Below, piece after piece: positions 1-10,771 of a stretch of 58,347 bases of DNA (its first letter is position 1; the number at the start of each line of letters is the position of its first letter). The notes beneath the pieces were generated by a model. The model searched no databases, had not been told where the DNA came from, and saw only the letters and a list, made by a program, of their open reading frames with translations. This stretch comes from Tubiluchus corallicola (taxonomy: Eukaryota > Animalia > Priapulida). Position numbers and translations under genes: made by a program. The DNA lies in the NCBI GenBank assembly GCA_030141605.1, contig JAQGDQ010001161.1, positions 1 through 58,347 on the forward strand, in the 5' to 3' direction.

Positions 1-338
1 ATGAGCAAACGCTTTGAACAATAAACATGATACAGGATGGACTAGAAAAAATTACCTTTAATAAAACAGAAGCTCGAGCTTTTAATATTTCTTTACGCAA
101 AACAGCTTATGATATTTTTTATGTACATTTAGATTCATGTACAGTAAATTTTCATTCAAACAGTAATATGTGTACAAAAGTGTACATATTATATAAAGTA
201 TTGTAAGCATAAATATTATATATAATCATTGCTATTCTATCTGCTTTTATGCTCTAGGATTAGGGTTAGGGTTAGAACTTGCAGTGTTTTTCTGTACAAC
301 CATGTAATAATAAAATATATAAAATAGAACTATCCTAC

Positions 339-3300
339 CTCAACAGGAGCAACCGTGATCCGCCGTCTGGCATAAGGGTGCGGCCTGAAATTCGCAGGCC
401 GCACCCGACGAACCGGCATTGGACGGCCCACTCCAGTTGGATAAGCTCTGAAAAATAAATCTTTGTTTAGCAAACATGTAAGCCTCTAAAAAGTCGTTAA
501 TATGGCCTCCTACATTTTCTCGATAAAATCGGGGGTGGGGTGTCATCGGGGAGATGCTGTATAACTCGTAGCAAAATGAAAACTACTTTGGTGGCTATTT
601 GCGTCGTCACGTGGGCTGATTATTATGCTGACATTTGACGTGTTATTAAGTCATAAAACCAACATAAAGTATCAGTTAATAGGTTACTACATTCATTCAC
701 TGTTTCAGCATAAAAAGCAAAAGACGTTTGTGCATTACTGAACATTGGGAGCTAGCATTTGTACTGTTAAACTGACAAGTTGCAATGCCTTTGCTAGTTT
801 ATAATGCCAGTCATTATTAGTAAACTAAAGTTTCTTCTGCTAAATATTTTTTAATAATAAAATTTCAAACAAAATTAATCATTACTGCAACTACAATAAC
901 TCAAACAAGAAATCTTACGCAAATTTAAACAACAAAAAATCACACAAAACAAAACCAACCAAAAGCCAAATATAACAGATTTCAAAAAAATTTTTAAAAA
1001 AATCACAAAAAACTAACTTTAAGCAAAACCTTAGCCTGACATAATACAGTTTAAAAATCTCTTAGAATAGCTTGATAGTACAGTATAGTATGGTTTAGTT
1101 TCTTTGAAGTTTTTTATAACCTTTTAGAATAGCTTGATAGTATAATATAGTGTAGTTAGTGTTTTTGTAACCTTTTATCTCAAATTTATTTTCTAAAAAA
1201 CTTCTTCCTAATTTACCTCTACCCATTACCTTCCAAGATCTCTTCCACCCTACTACAACCTAATCTAATCTAATTAAATTTCGACCGACTGACTTACTTA
1301 ATATAAGCCCCAACCTACTTTCCCTTACACCTGCCTGCCTTCATTAAAGCAATTAAACTTCTCATCTCTACCAATAAAGAATCATAAGTGCAACTATAGC
1401 CACGGCTTAATTGAGCGAACTCCTCTGCTTGTTTTAATATACAAGAACTCAAAGAAGAAACCCTCAAGTGCATACCACCTAGCGTTTCCAACTTATGTAA
1501 AATACCATGGAATCGAGCCAATAATAATCTATCGTCCTTATCTGCTGAATTAAACAAACCAAACAGCTCAGATGCATCATCCTTCAAATCAGGACACTGC
1601 CTATCCAAAAAAGCCAAGCTCTCCCTACTAAGGTTATATTGTTTAGGTTTAACCTGCCAGGTACCTTTCTTCTTTTCAGTCTGCTCTACTAACTTATCTG
1701 CACTCCTTTTAACTAGGTAATTGTCTATTTTCTGACCACTATATCGAGTACGTATCCCTCCTCTTACCTCACGCGTCTTAACCCCTGCAGAATCCTCCTT
1801 CATGAAATTCTTCATAGCCTTTAAAATAGCCTCTATCTTTAAATCGTACTCTAAAATGGCCTCAGTCTGAACGTCCTTATCCACTAATAACACACCAGCC
1901 CCTTCCAATAACCTAGTCTCACGCAATCTACCCTCACCTCTCTGACTAAACTCCCCCCTTGACCTTTCCACTGAACTACCCTCATCCAGCGAGACAATTT
2001 CATCATGAACACCATAAGATACTGCAGGATTTTTTGGCCTTAACTCTAACGAACCTGTCTTAGAATCATAACAAGACACAACTTTTTTACTAACAATTCC
2101 TGGAATAGGACACACAGAAGGAGAAGAAGAACGTTTGCTGCCAATAGCACCAACTACACTAACTGTACCCGTTTTTTGATAATGACTCTTTTCCGAAACA
2201 ACTTTAGTACGTTTGTCATCTGTTAAATCATTCCGAACCGACAAAGAAGATGATTTCTGTATCACAACTTGGCCTACAAGACCCTCCTTACTGATATATT
2301 TAAATAAGTTACCAGCTGCATCCTCCTTGTCAGCTAACCCACCACGGAACCTGCGCGATGATGATCCTCCTCCAACCCCTGACGACACGGACAGCCCAGA
2401 ATCGCGTTCCCCTCCCGACCTCAAATCCTCAAGCAACCCGGACAACAGCTCCTCAGAAGATCCCATCCCTAATAAAGAACAAATGATTCATCACAACAAT
2501 AAAACAGCAATAACATAACCTCACAATCATTTTAGTTGTAAACAATCACATTAATAAACACTCCACAATAATATCAAATCAAACAAATCTAAATAAACAA
2601 AATAACAACGCCAATGAAACAAATTTAAGCTTGCATTGCATACGCTAGCTACCTACCAAAAACAAACACATAAAAAACATGTTTAAACCAAACCACTTTC
2701 AAAATTTAACAAAGCAAGTACCAGCTAAACCAATCTGGCACTTCAGCAGTTACAATAGAAAGCTACCAAATACATACATACACATAAACAATTAACAAAT
2801 AATCATAATACAGAAATAACAAAACCATAACTGAAACAACAAAATATAAATCTACAACACTCTAACAAATAAACATACACACGTACACACACACACACAC
2901 ACAAATAGAACACAAAATTAACAGTTATAAAATTTCTACTCATCACACTTCAACATAAAGTATTATAACAATTCTCCATGATAATGCTACTAAATACAAT
3001 ATGAGCACACAAATAAAGCTTTCAGCTACTATCAACTACAAATTTAACTCAAGACAAACATAATGTAATCCAACTAACATATGAAATACCTCACCTCAAA
3101 GAACTAACTTGGTCGGCACTAATTCTCCACAAGCAAAAACAAAAATGACGCTTCTATTTGACACTGCTGCAATCTGAAACTAAATAAAATTTGCATTGCA
3201 TTACAATAGCTACCTAAATAAATGCAAGCATATATAAACATGTTAAAAACTTAAACACCTTGAAAACATATCAAGGCAAACACCAGCAAAACCACTCTGA

Positions 3301-6300
3301 CACATTCACAATCACAATCACAGAATACCAACCATATGCATACACGTAAACAACCAATAAATAATCAGAACACAAAAATAACAAAGCCAAGGCTGAACTA
3401 ACAAAATATAAGGTTACAGCATACTAACAAATATACATACACACACTTACACGCACGCACGCACACACACAAACACACACACACAAGTACTCACAAAATA
3501 AATAGAACACAAAAATAACAAAACTTATGAGAACTTCTACTCAGCACATTTTAACTTCAACATTAAAAAGTATAACAACTCTCTGTAGTAATACATCTAA
3601 ATACAATACAAACACATAAATAAACATTTAACAATCATCAACTAAAATTTTAACTCAAAACCAAATAATATAGTCTAGCTAAAGCACAAAAAACTCAACT
3701 CAAAGAACTAATTTGTCTAAAACTAAATTCTCCACAGGCAAAGAACAAAAATGGCTCTTCTAATTACATCTGCTACTATCTGAAACAAAATGGAGCTTAC
3801 ATTACATAGCACTAGCTACCTAACCAAAAACAAGCACATATAAACATGTAAAAACCTCACCCCCTTTGAAAACTTATCAAGATAAGCACCAACACAAACC
3901 AACCTGATACATTCATAATTACAATTACAAGCTACCTACTAAAAGCAGACACGTGAACAGTCAAAAATAATCAAGATACAAAAATAACAAAGCCATTACC
4001 GAAATAACAAAAAGTATAAAAATTTAAACACACCAACAAACAAACATACACACTTACAAGCACACACACAAATACTCGCCAAAGAAATAGAACACAAAAA
4101 TAACACAACCTAAAGAATCTCTACCCACCACACTTTAACATTAAACATTAACAATCCTCTATACCAAAAATCTAAACAAACACGCAGATAAACCTTTAGC
4201 AGCTATCAACTGCACTTTTAACTCAAACAAATGTAATGAATCTAACTTAATAAGACTTACCTCAAAAAAATAACTTGATTAAAACTGATTTCTACACAGA
4301 CAAAGACAAAATGGCGCTCCTGACTGCAACTGCTTGCTACGAGAACAAAGAACAAAATGGCCCCCAAAAACGCAAAACAAGTCCTTTTACACACATGAAA
4401 TGTGCACTCAACCAATCAACCAATCACAGGCGTAAGCAACAATGCATAAAAAACTTGACCCAGCAAGTTGCACAATCACAGCTACAATTACTTTCTACTT
4501 GAGCAGAAAGCTGCTCACTACTCTGCCTATGTTTATAAATAGAAAGCTGACACGTTTTATGAATATTGTTTCCAACCAATAATGACAGCAATGTGTAACA
4601 AAAGATTACTAAAAGAAATTTCAAAAAATTAAACCTCTGCAACTATTAAGCTAATAAAGTAATATAAGAATATAAGCATATAATTTAAATTATTTTAGCT
4701 TAACTCTCACAGACAGGTCAATCTTAAGTTTTGGAGGGATATAACAAAGGAATTTGAATGTGGCAGATGCTAAACTAAGAATCTCTGAACATCTGACATT
4801 TGTAAGTAATGGTTTTTGTTAGCTTTCAATTGTATTACAGTTTAAAACTCTGTACGAAATCTTAATCATATATTTAAGTCAAATTATGATTTGATAAAGA
4901 AATTTTTATGAAAATGCTAAACAAAGCAAGTCTATTCCATGATAACGAAATACTTGCCTCCAAAATGGCTATCAACCTGACTTTGGCACCCCTCTATTTC
5001 TTTTAAGTTACACTTCAATGAAAATTATAATTATATTTAGTACATCTACTTAATTAATGAAAACCAAGGTTTTTTAAAAAACTTTTTTAAAAAACATTTT
5101 TAAAAAAACATTCTCTTAAAACATCTAATAAATAAAGCCTTGCTATTCACAATAATTTTAATTTTAACTTTAAACATCTAAATAAATAAAATAAGAAAAA
5201 TTTTTTAAAAAAACATTCTTTTAAAACACCTGCTAAATAAAGCCATACTATTCACAATAATTTTAATTTCAACTTTAAACATCTAAATAAATAAAATAAA
5301 AAATTTTTAAAAAAACCTATCAGATAAGAAACCTCCTAATTATAATATTCCAAATTTAAACATCTAGATAAATTTAATTAAATAGCATTCAACTTGAAAC
5401 AACACAACTACTTCAAAAAACAAAAAGCCGTTAAAAAATTCCCTGTATTCGTATATATATGTGTGTATTTATGTAATACGGAGGGCCGTGCAGTTGCAGA
5501 GCTCAGCTTTAACAACGCACGGTCGGCTGCGGCTTGAGAAGATTAAGAGTTGGGGTTTAGCAGCCGAAACTCGCCTTCCAAGTTACCTCCTGATGACTCC
5601 AAAAATCTGTAATTGTATTTGTCTTCTCGTTATCCTCACTCCTTTCATAACGCATTCATTGAAAAATATTATAACTATATGTACATATGAAAATAACAAA
5701 AATTCTCTTCTCTACATTAGCTCAAGCTATTTGATAATTATTGATTACTATCGTGCCTAAATTTTAACTCAATCACCTCTCAAAAAGCTAAAAATATAAT
5801 ATAATATGTAAAACCCACTCCCATGACCATCTTTATCCAAACTGTTTTTTCTCGCTATCCTACTCTTACTGACCTGCCTAACTGTTCCTGTTTAACACTT
5901 CTTATAAACTTCTATTCTCGCTAGTACAAACTATATTTACTAACAATTGCCAGGTGCCACTTAGCTGGTCGGCCGCTGCTATAGCGATATGCTTCAGTTT
6001 AAACCTAGACATGTGCTCGCATCTAGCATAACCTCTTGGTTATCGCATTTCCAGGGCCAATTTTATATTGGTTTTCATAAACAACATAAAAAGCAAAAGA
6101 CGTTTGTGCATTACTGAACATTGGGAGCTAGCATTTGTACTGTTAAACTGACAAGTTGCAATGCCTTTGCTAGTTTATAATGCCAGTCATTATTAGTAAA
6201 CTAAAGTTTCTTCTGCTAAATTTTGTCATTTCTTAAAGATGTCTAACAGCATGTTTTTGCATATTAGCCCTGCATTAGGCCTCTAACATGTTTGGAGACA

Positions 6301-9098
6301 AAGTTTAACCAGTTTTGTGCTTTTATACATAATAATAAAAAGTTGAAATTTAATGGTTGAAAGTCAGTTCTAACCGGGCACTTCTGACAATTGTACATGA
6401 AATAAAAATACAGTAAAATTAAGATTTCCTTTTTGTCAGGTTGAAATTATAAAAACATCTGCTTACCTGGTCACACGCAAGGCCGGGACAGGCACCGCCT
6501 CCAGTTCAAATGGACAATTCGACATCACGTAGTGCCTGCCCCGACCCTCCACCACGTTGCCCTGTCCTCCGCACCAATTAAAATTTGGGCACCTTCGCCT
6601 AAAAGAGACAAAAATCATTTTCATTTTTCTACGAAACGTGCTGTCATTTTGTCAAACTTCAAAAAAAAACAACAACAAAAAAGACTCGAAAATTATATGA
6701 TGGGAAGATGCACTTCCGGTTTAATAACTTTATGGATAAACAAATTTAATAAAACTACATGAGAAATTTGTTGGAACTAACTGACTCCTATTTGCTGGTA
6801 TAAAATCGGGATTGCGTATCCCAATTTTTCCACAGCTCATTAACGAAAGCAATAAACGATATTGAATCAAACTATTCTCAAAAAAAATCTCTGAAAAATC
6901 TGCATGTTTAAGAAGTTAATAAAACTACATGAGAAATTGTTGGAACTAAATGACTCCTATTTGCTGGCAATTTGTTAAGCACGTGTTTGAAAAACTGATC
7001 AATCCTCTTAACGCACAAGTTCAACTCTGGTAGGTTTATTATAAACATTGACACACAAGCTGACATATTGGACATCTCCGAAAGGAAAGAAAACTAAATG
7101 AAATATCAATTTTCTAGTGTTGAAAGCACAAATTTGCACATCTAACTGAAAAGAAACAGCAAATATTTTGTTGCTATGCGTTATTCAAGAGCAAAAATTT
7201 CGGGGGTTAGCTCAATTGTAGTGTGTTCGTTTTCCACCCTGGAGGTCGCGGGTTCAATTCCTGACACGTAAGAGTAAAGATATAATTACCGCTCGTTCTG
7301 CCAAGCGAGTTCTATCAAGACTACTTTGAAAATAAGCTGTTATCATTGGACTATTAGTGTCCTAAACATTATTAAAGAAAATTATAATTATTATTATTTA
7401 TATAGCCACAGATTATTCATGTCTAAAACGTTTTAAACAAAAATGTATTAAGTCATATTCAAGTTACCCATGAGTTCTTGGACGAAAATTGCTCAAAGTT
7501 GGTAGGTCAGTTGTTCAGTTACGGTTCACAACTACGCGAGTAAATCTTGTGCTCAATTAAGAAACAGCAGAATTTAGCAAACCGTCTCTTACAGCAGCTA
7601 AATGAACTACTGCAACCAACACAGTAAAAGATTTGCTATGATGACGGTAGAAAACCACAATTATTATGAATGTTGATACACATTAAACTCCAGAAGACAA
7701 GAAAGTAAATAGCCTGGATTTGAAACAGAGACGTTTGAATTACAAAAACAATTTCATAACCACTAGGTCATCATGTTTGCTGGTGACAATGACATTCGCT
7801 TTTCCTTCTTCCTTCAATCTCTCTCTCTCTCTCTCTCTCTCTCGCTCTCTCTCTCTCTCTAAATGATTACCATTACCATCACCAACATCATCACCATCAC
7901 CACCATCATCATCATCGCCATCACCACCATCATCACCATCATTACCACCATCATTATCATCATCAGCGTCATTATCACCATCGTCATCATCATCCTTCTT
8001 ATCATTACCATTATACTACGATACAAAAAAACAGTGACGTAACTTTAAATGATTGTTGACGTCATTTGCTATAATCATTTTTCCTTTTGGTACAATAATT
8101 AACTATCGAAAAATCAGTAATATCTCGGATGGAATGAAATGTCCAGAGACAACGTTCCAGTTCGTGTCGATTAAGACGATATCAAAACTCCATGAAATGA
8201 TTGTAATAAGCTAGCTGTTAATTTATTATGCATTGTTTGCTTCACAAAGACCAAACGGTAAAGTTTTGTGTAAACAAAAACGAAAACTACAAAGTAAACA
8301 AAAACGAAAACTACAGCCACGAGGGGGCAAAATGAACGGTTCTACTACTGAAAAAGCTAATTTGTAATTATAATCGTGTCTACTTACACTGGCTTCGGCT
8401 TGCTCTGGTGTTCTTCCAGGGGTGGCCGAGCCACCACCCCTGCCACGAGCTCTCGTTCCCGTTGCTGTTCGTAGCGCCACGCACAGGCAGACGTGGACCT
8501 GTGCGTGGCGTACCGGGGGTTGATGTTGCCCCGTCCCCCACACCTCGCAAACCAATGACATCTGAAAAAAGAAGAAAAACGTCATTTCATTTTACTAGTT
8601 TAACAGTAAAAGTAAACAACAGCGGTTAATACAAGACAGTAATATTATAAGATAATACATATATACAGTCCACGATAAAATAAATAAGTTATTAAGTTGT
8701 TGTATAAACTAAGGGTATGTAGTAAATTTGATTTGACTTTTTTATCACTATAATAACGCAAACTATATTATATTGTTTAAAGTTTAAGTAAGAAAAACGA
8801 TGTTCTGTTTACTGGCAGCAAAGTCTTCAGGTTATTGAGAATGTAGAAATTTTTAATGATTGCAAACACAACAGACGTGGGGCTGGCTTGTTAACTTAAA
8901 ATTTTACAAAAAATGATTGTAAGATGATCCTGTAAAAAGTCATATAAATAAAGAATAATCTCACACCACACGAGACTATTAACAGCAGAAAAATATTTCT
9001 GTATGTTTGGACAACGGTACATATGCAGAAAATAAAAAAAGTAAATGGAAAGATTTTCTGGCTAAAAAGCAAAATTTCTTTACTTACCGCTTAGGCAT
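339..9098 (-). CDS. Spliced gene encoding a protein with two MYT1-type C2HC zinc fingers; 3'-incomplete. Coding exons 9098-9088, 8561-8388, 6598-6467, 447-339
   Basis: All introns are GT-AG and phase-consistent. Translation: MPKRCHWFARCGGRGNINPRYATHRSTSACAWRY...KPVRRCPNFNWCGGQGNVVEGRGRHYVMSNCPFELE...RPANFRPHPYARRRITVAPVE. It contains two C-x5-C-x12-H-x5-C motifs resembling CPxPGCxGxGHx7HRSxSGCP. A donor at 338 means the gene continues beyond this exon. Confidence 0.85.
709..845. repeat. 137-bp direct repeat, copy 1
   Basis: Identical by eye to 6085-6221. Confidence 0.95.
1315..2466 (-). CDS. Hypothetical 383-aa protein (S/G/K-rich N-terminus, helical-looking C-terminus)
   Basis: Long, non-repetitive ORF. 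A splice acceptor (ttctttattag, AG at 2470-2469) lies just upstream of the ATG. No recognisable domain. Confidence 0.65.
   Translation of the reverse strand: MGSSEELLSGLLEDLRSGGERDSGLSVSSGVGGGSSSRRFRGGLADKEDAAGNLFKYISKEGLVGQVVIQKSSSLSVRNDLTDDKRTKVVSEKSHYQKTGTVSVVGAIGSKRSSSPSVCPIPGIVSKKVVSCYDSKTGSLELRPKNPAVSYGVHDEIVSLDEGSSVERSRGEFSQRGEGRLRETRLLEGAGVLLVDKDVQTEAILEYDLKIEAILKAMKNFMKEDSAGVKTREVRGGIRTRYSGQKIDNYLVKRSADKLVEQTEKKKGTWQVKPKQYNLSRESLAFLDRQCPDLKDDASELFGLFNSADKDDRLLLARFHGILHKLETLGGMHLRVSSLSSCILKQAEEFAQLSRGYSCTYDSLLVEMRSLIALMKAGRCKGK
2615..4340 (-). repeat. Three diverged tandem units of about 560-600 bp, each containing a short non-coding exon-like segment
   Basis: Recurring ttgcattgca..tagctacct and aattctccac..aaaatg blocks. 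Exon-like 3173-3095 (cag|...gag|gtgag) and a donor gag|gtaag at 4260. Confidence 0.75.
4300..4430 (-). promoter_or_regulatory. Putative promoter of the nested orphan gene
   Basis: Twin CCAAT boxes (accaatcaaccaatca, about 4411-4426) and YY1-like aaaatggc motifs upstream of the donor at 4260. Confidence 0.35.
6085..6221. repeat. 137-bp direct repeat, copy 2
   Basis: Identical to 709-845. Confidence 0.95.
7202..7268 (+). mobile_element. tRNA-derived SINE head or tRNA pseudogene
   Basis: A-box tagctcaattg and B-box ggttcaattcc; acceptor and anticodon stems pair poorly. Confidence 0.6.
7710..7775 (-). mobile_element. Degenerate tRNA-derived SINE head
   Basis: Reverse strand reads tgacctagtggtta...gtttcaaatccaggc, similar to 15435-15495. 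Confidence 0.4.
7818..8010. repeat. (CT)n and (CAT/CAC)n microsatellites
   Basis: Seen directly. Confidence 0.95.
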
Positions 9099-9367
9099 GA
9101 TCCAAAAAGATAATCGTGACGCTTCAATCTGAAACAAGCAAAAAAATGAAGTGTTATTTACAGCTCGGTCAGCTAAAACCATTTTAGCAATGTCAAGATT
9201 TTAACTGCACAGGATCTAGAGTTCGAATCGCACGAGTTTCATGACGATCCGATCATTTGTTACAGAAATACAAGAGAAAAACCTATTGTGGACAGTGGAC
9301 GAACAGACACACGGACAGTAGGGTCATTTAAAATTTAAAAATTCAACAAGAAAATAGTCAAACTTAC

Positions 9368-9396
9368 CAATTTAATGTCGCTTTGAAAGTTTGTAT
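9368..9396 (-). other. 5'UTR exon of the C2HC gene
   Basis: tttcag acceptor and gtaag donor; no ATG. A degenerate copy of its acceptor region lies near 9720-9800. Confidence 0.55.
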
Positions 9397-9767
9397 CTGA
9401 AAAACATAACAACTTTTAATTACATGCAATAAACGTTAACTTTCTTATAATTTTATAGCAACTCTGATGTTAATATACAGGGTCAAAATAAGTAATAACG
9501 AATATGAAGGCTTGATGAAGAAAGCTTGATAAACAAATAAACAATAGTAGTTAGCAATCTTAGAATGGAATGCTTAATCTGAAAAAATGTACACCAATAT
9601 AATATCATAGTACTTCTGGTGGTGGCAGTAGCAGTAAAAGTAGTATAAAATTTACATTTAAAAGTGTGTACTTAATTACTATCTTGGTAATTTAAAATTT
9701 GAAAGAAAGACAAAGTTTGGATCTGAAAAAATGACAATTTTTAATTACGTACATTAAAAGTTAATTT

Positions 9768-9915
9768 TCTCATAATATTACAGCAGCTCTCATGTGAGTG
9801 TACAGTTCTCATAATATTACAGCAGCTCCATTGTGAGTCCTCATAATATTATAGCAGCTCTCATGTGAATGTACACTCCTCATAATATTATAGCAGCTCT
9901 GATGTGAATCTACAG
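9768..9915. repeat. Minisatellite, unit about 36 bp, about 4 copies
   Basis: tcataatatta(c/t)agcagctc units. Confidence 0.85.
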
Positions 9916-10771
9916 TCCTGCATTTAGGCAAGCTGTCTGCCAGTATTCAAAGTCAGTGGATACTTTAATGAACAACCTTGTGGCTGGTCAAAATGCGTAC
10001 CCATGATTCTTCAAAAGGCACACATTCATTCATCATTCAGTAGTCACTATTCATTTATTAACCGGGCTTTATGTTGCTTAACTTCGTCTGCGGAGATCAT
10101 TTATCTTGGTGGCAAATTTTCGTTTTTTGGCAGACGAGCCATTTGAGAGTTCAATCATAAACGCGTATTTTAAATATGAACAGCAACATTTTTAACTGTG
10201 CTGTTTTTTCTACAGCATGAAGATTGGCTTCTTTATGACACTGAAAATTTATTTACCAGACTCAGTATGAAGCCAGCTGATAAAGCCATTTTTGCTTCAC
10301 AGGGTGGAGGTAAAAATTTTAATAAAAAATCGTCAACCTTAAATTTACAACTAGTTTTTCCTAAGTGACACGTTTAGTAGTTACTGTGGTAAATATTTAT
10401 CTCTCGATTTTAACCAAAGACAGTCGAACAATAGAAATAGAATCATTTTTATTTCGCACACGTGGACAAACAAGCTTCCATGTTATTTGATCAGCGCATT
10501 TCAGCTTCTTAGAAGATTTCTACCACGCCGTTTCTTTTGCGACACCCTGTACAAACGTTTCTGGGTCACTGGCTGTCGAATTTTTATTCATTTTTATTCC
10601 TAAGCGGCGTACTTTTCATGTAAAGAAGTTGAAGTGTGGTGAGAAAGGTCAAAGCAAACAGAGTCAAATATACAGAAATACCGAACTAATTATAAAGGAC
10701 AAAAACTGGCCGAAATGCTACAACAGTAGCAATAAAAATTTGCGATTCAGATGCGCCAAGCAAAATCAAAC

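Larger units (their letters stand above)
846..6084 (-). mobile_element. Unclassified 5.2-kb insertion within an intron of the C2HC gene
   Basis: Bounded by the 137-bp direct repeats. The plus strand is strongly A/C-rich, unlike the flanks. Carries its own ORF and splice signals. Confidence 0.55.

Noticed and set aside
255-275. Telomere or telomere-addition site (TTAGGG-like; also 51300-51370)
   Set aside because: Only 2-3 perfect units, degenerate and internal.
340-546. ORF-track 68-aa and 119-aa (8226-8585) proteins
   Set aside because: They overlap real exons in the wrong frame; the spliced frame encodes the zinc fingers.
5560-5600. Hammerhead ribozyme (cgaaac ... ctgatga)
   Set aside because: The core segments are present, but stems I and II cannot be formed in any topology.
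7202-7268. Functional tRNA gene
   Set aside because: The acceptor and anticodon stems do not pair; treated as a SINE head or pseudogene.
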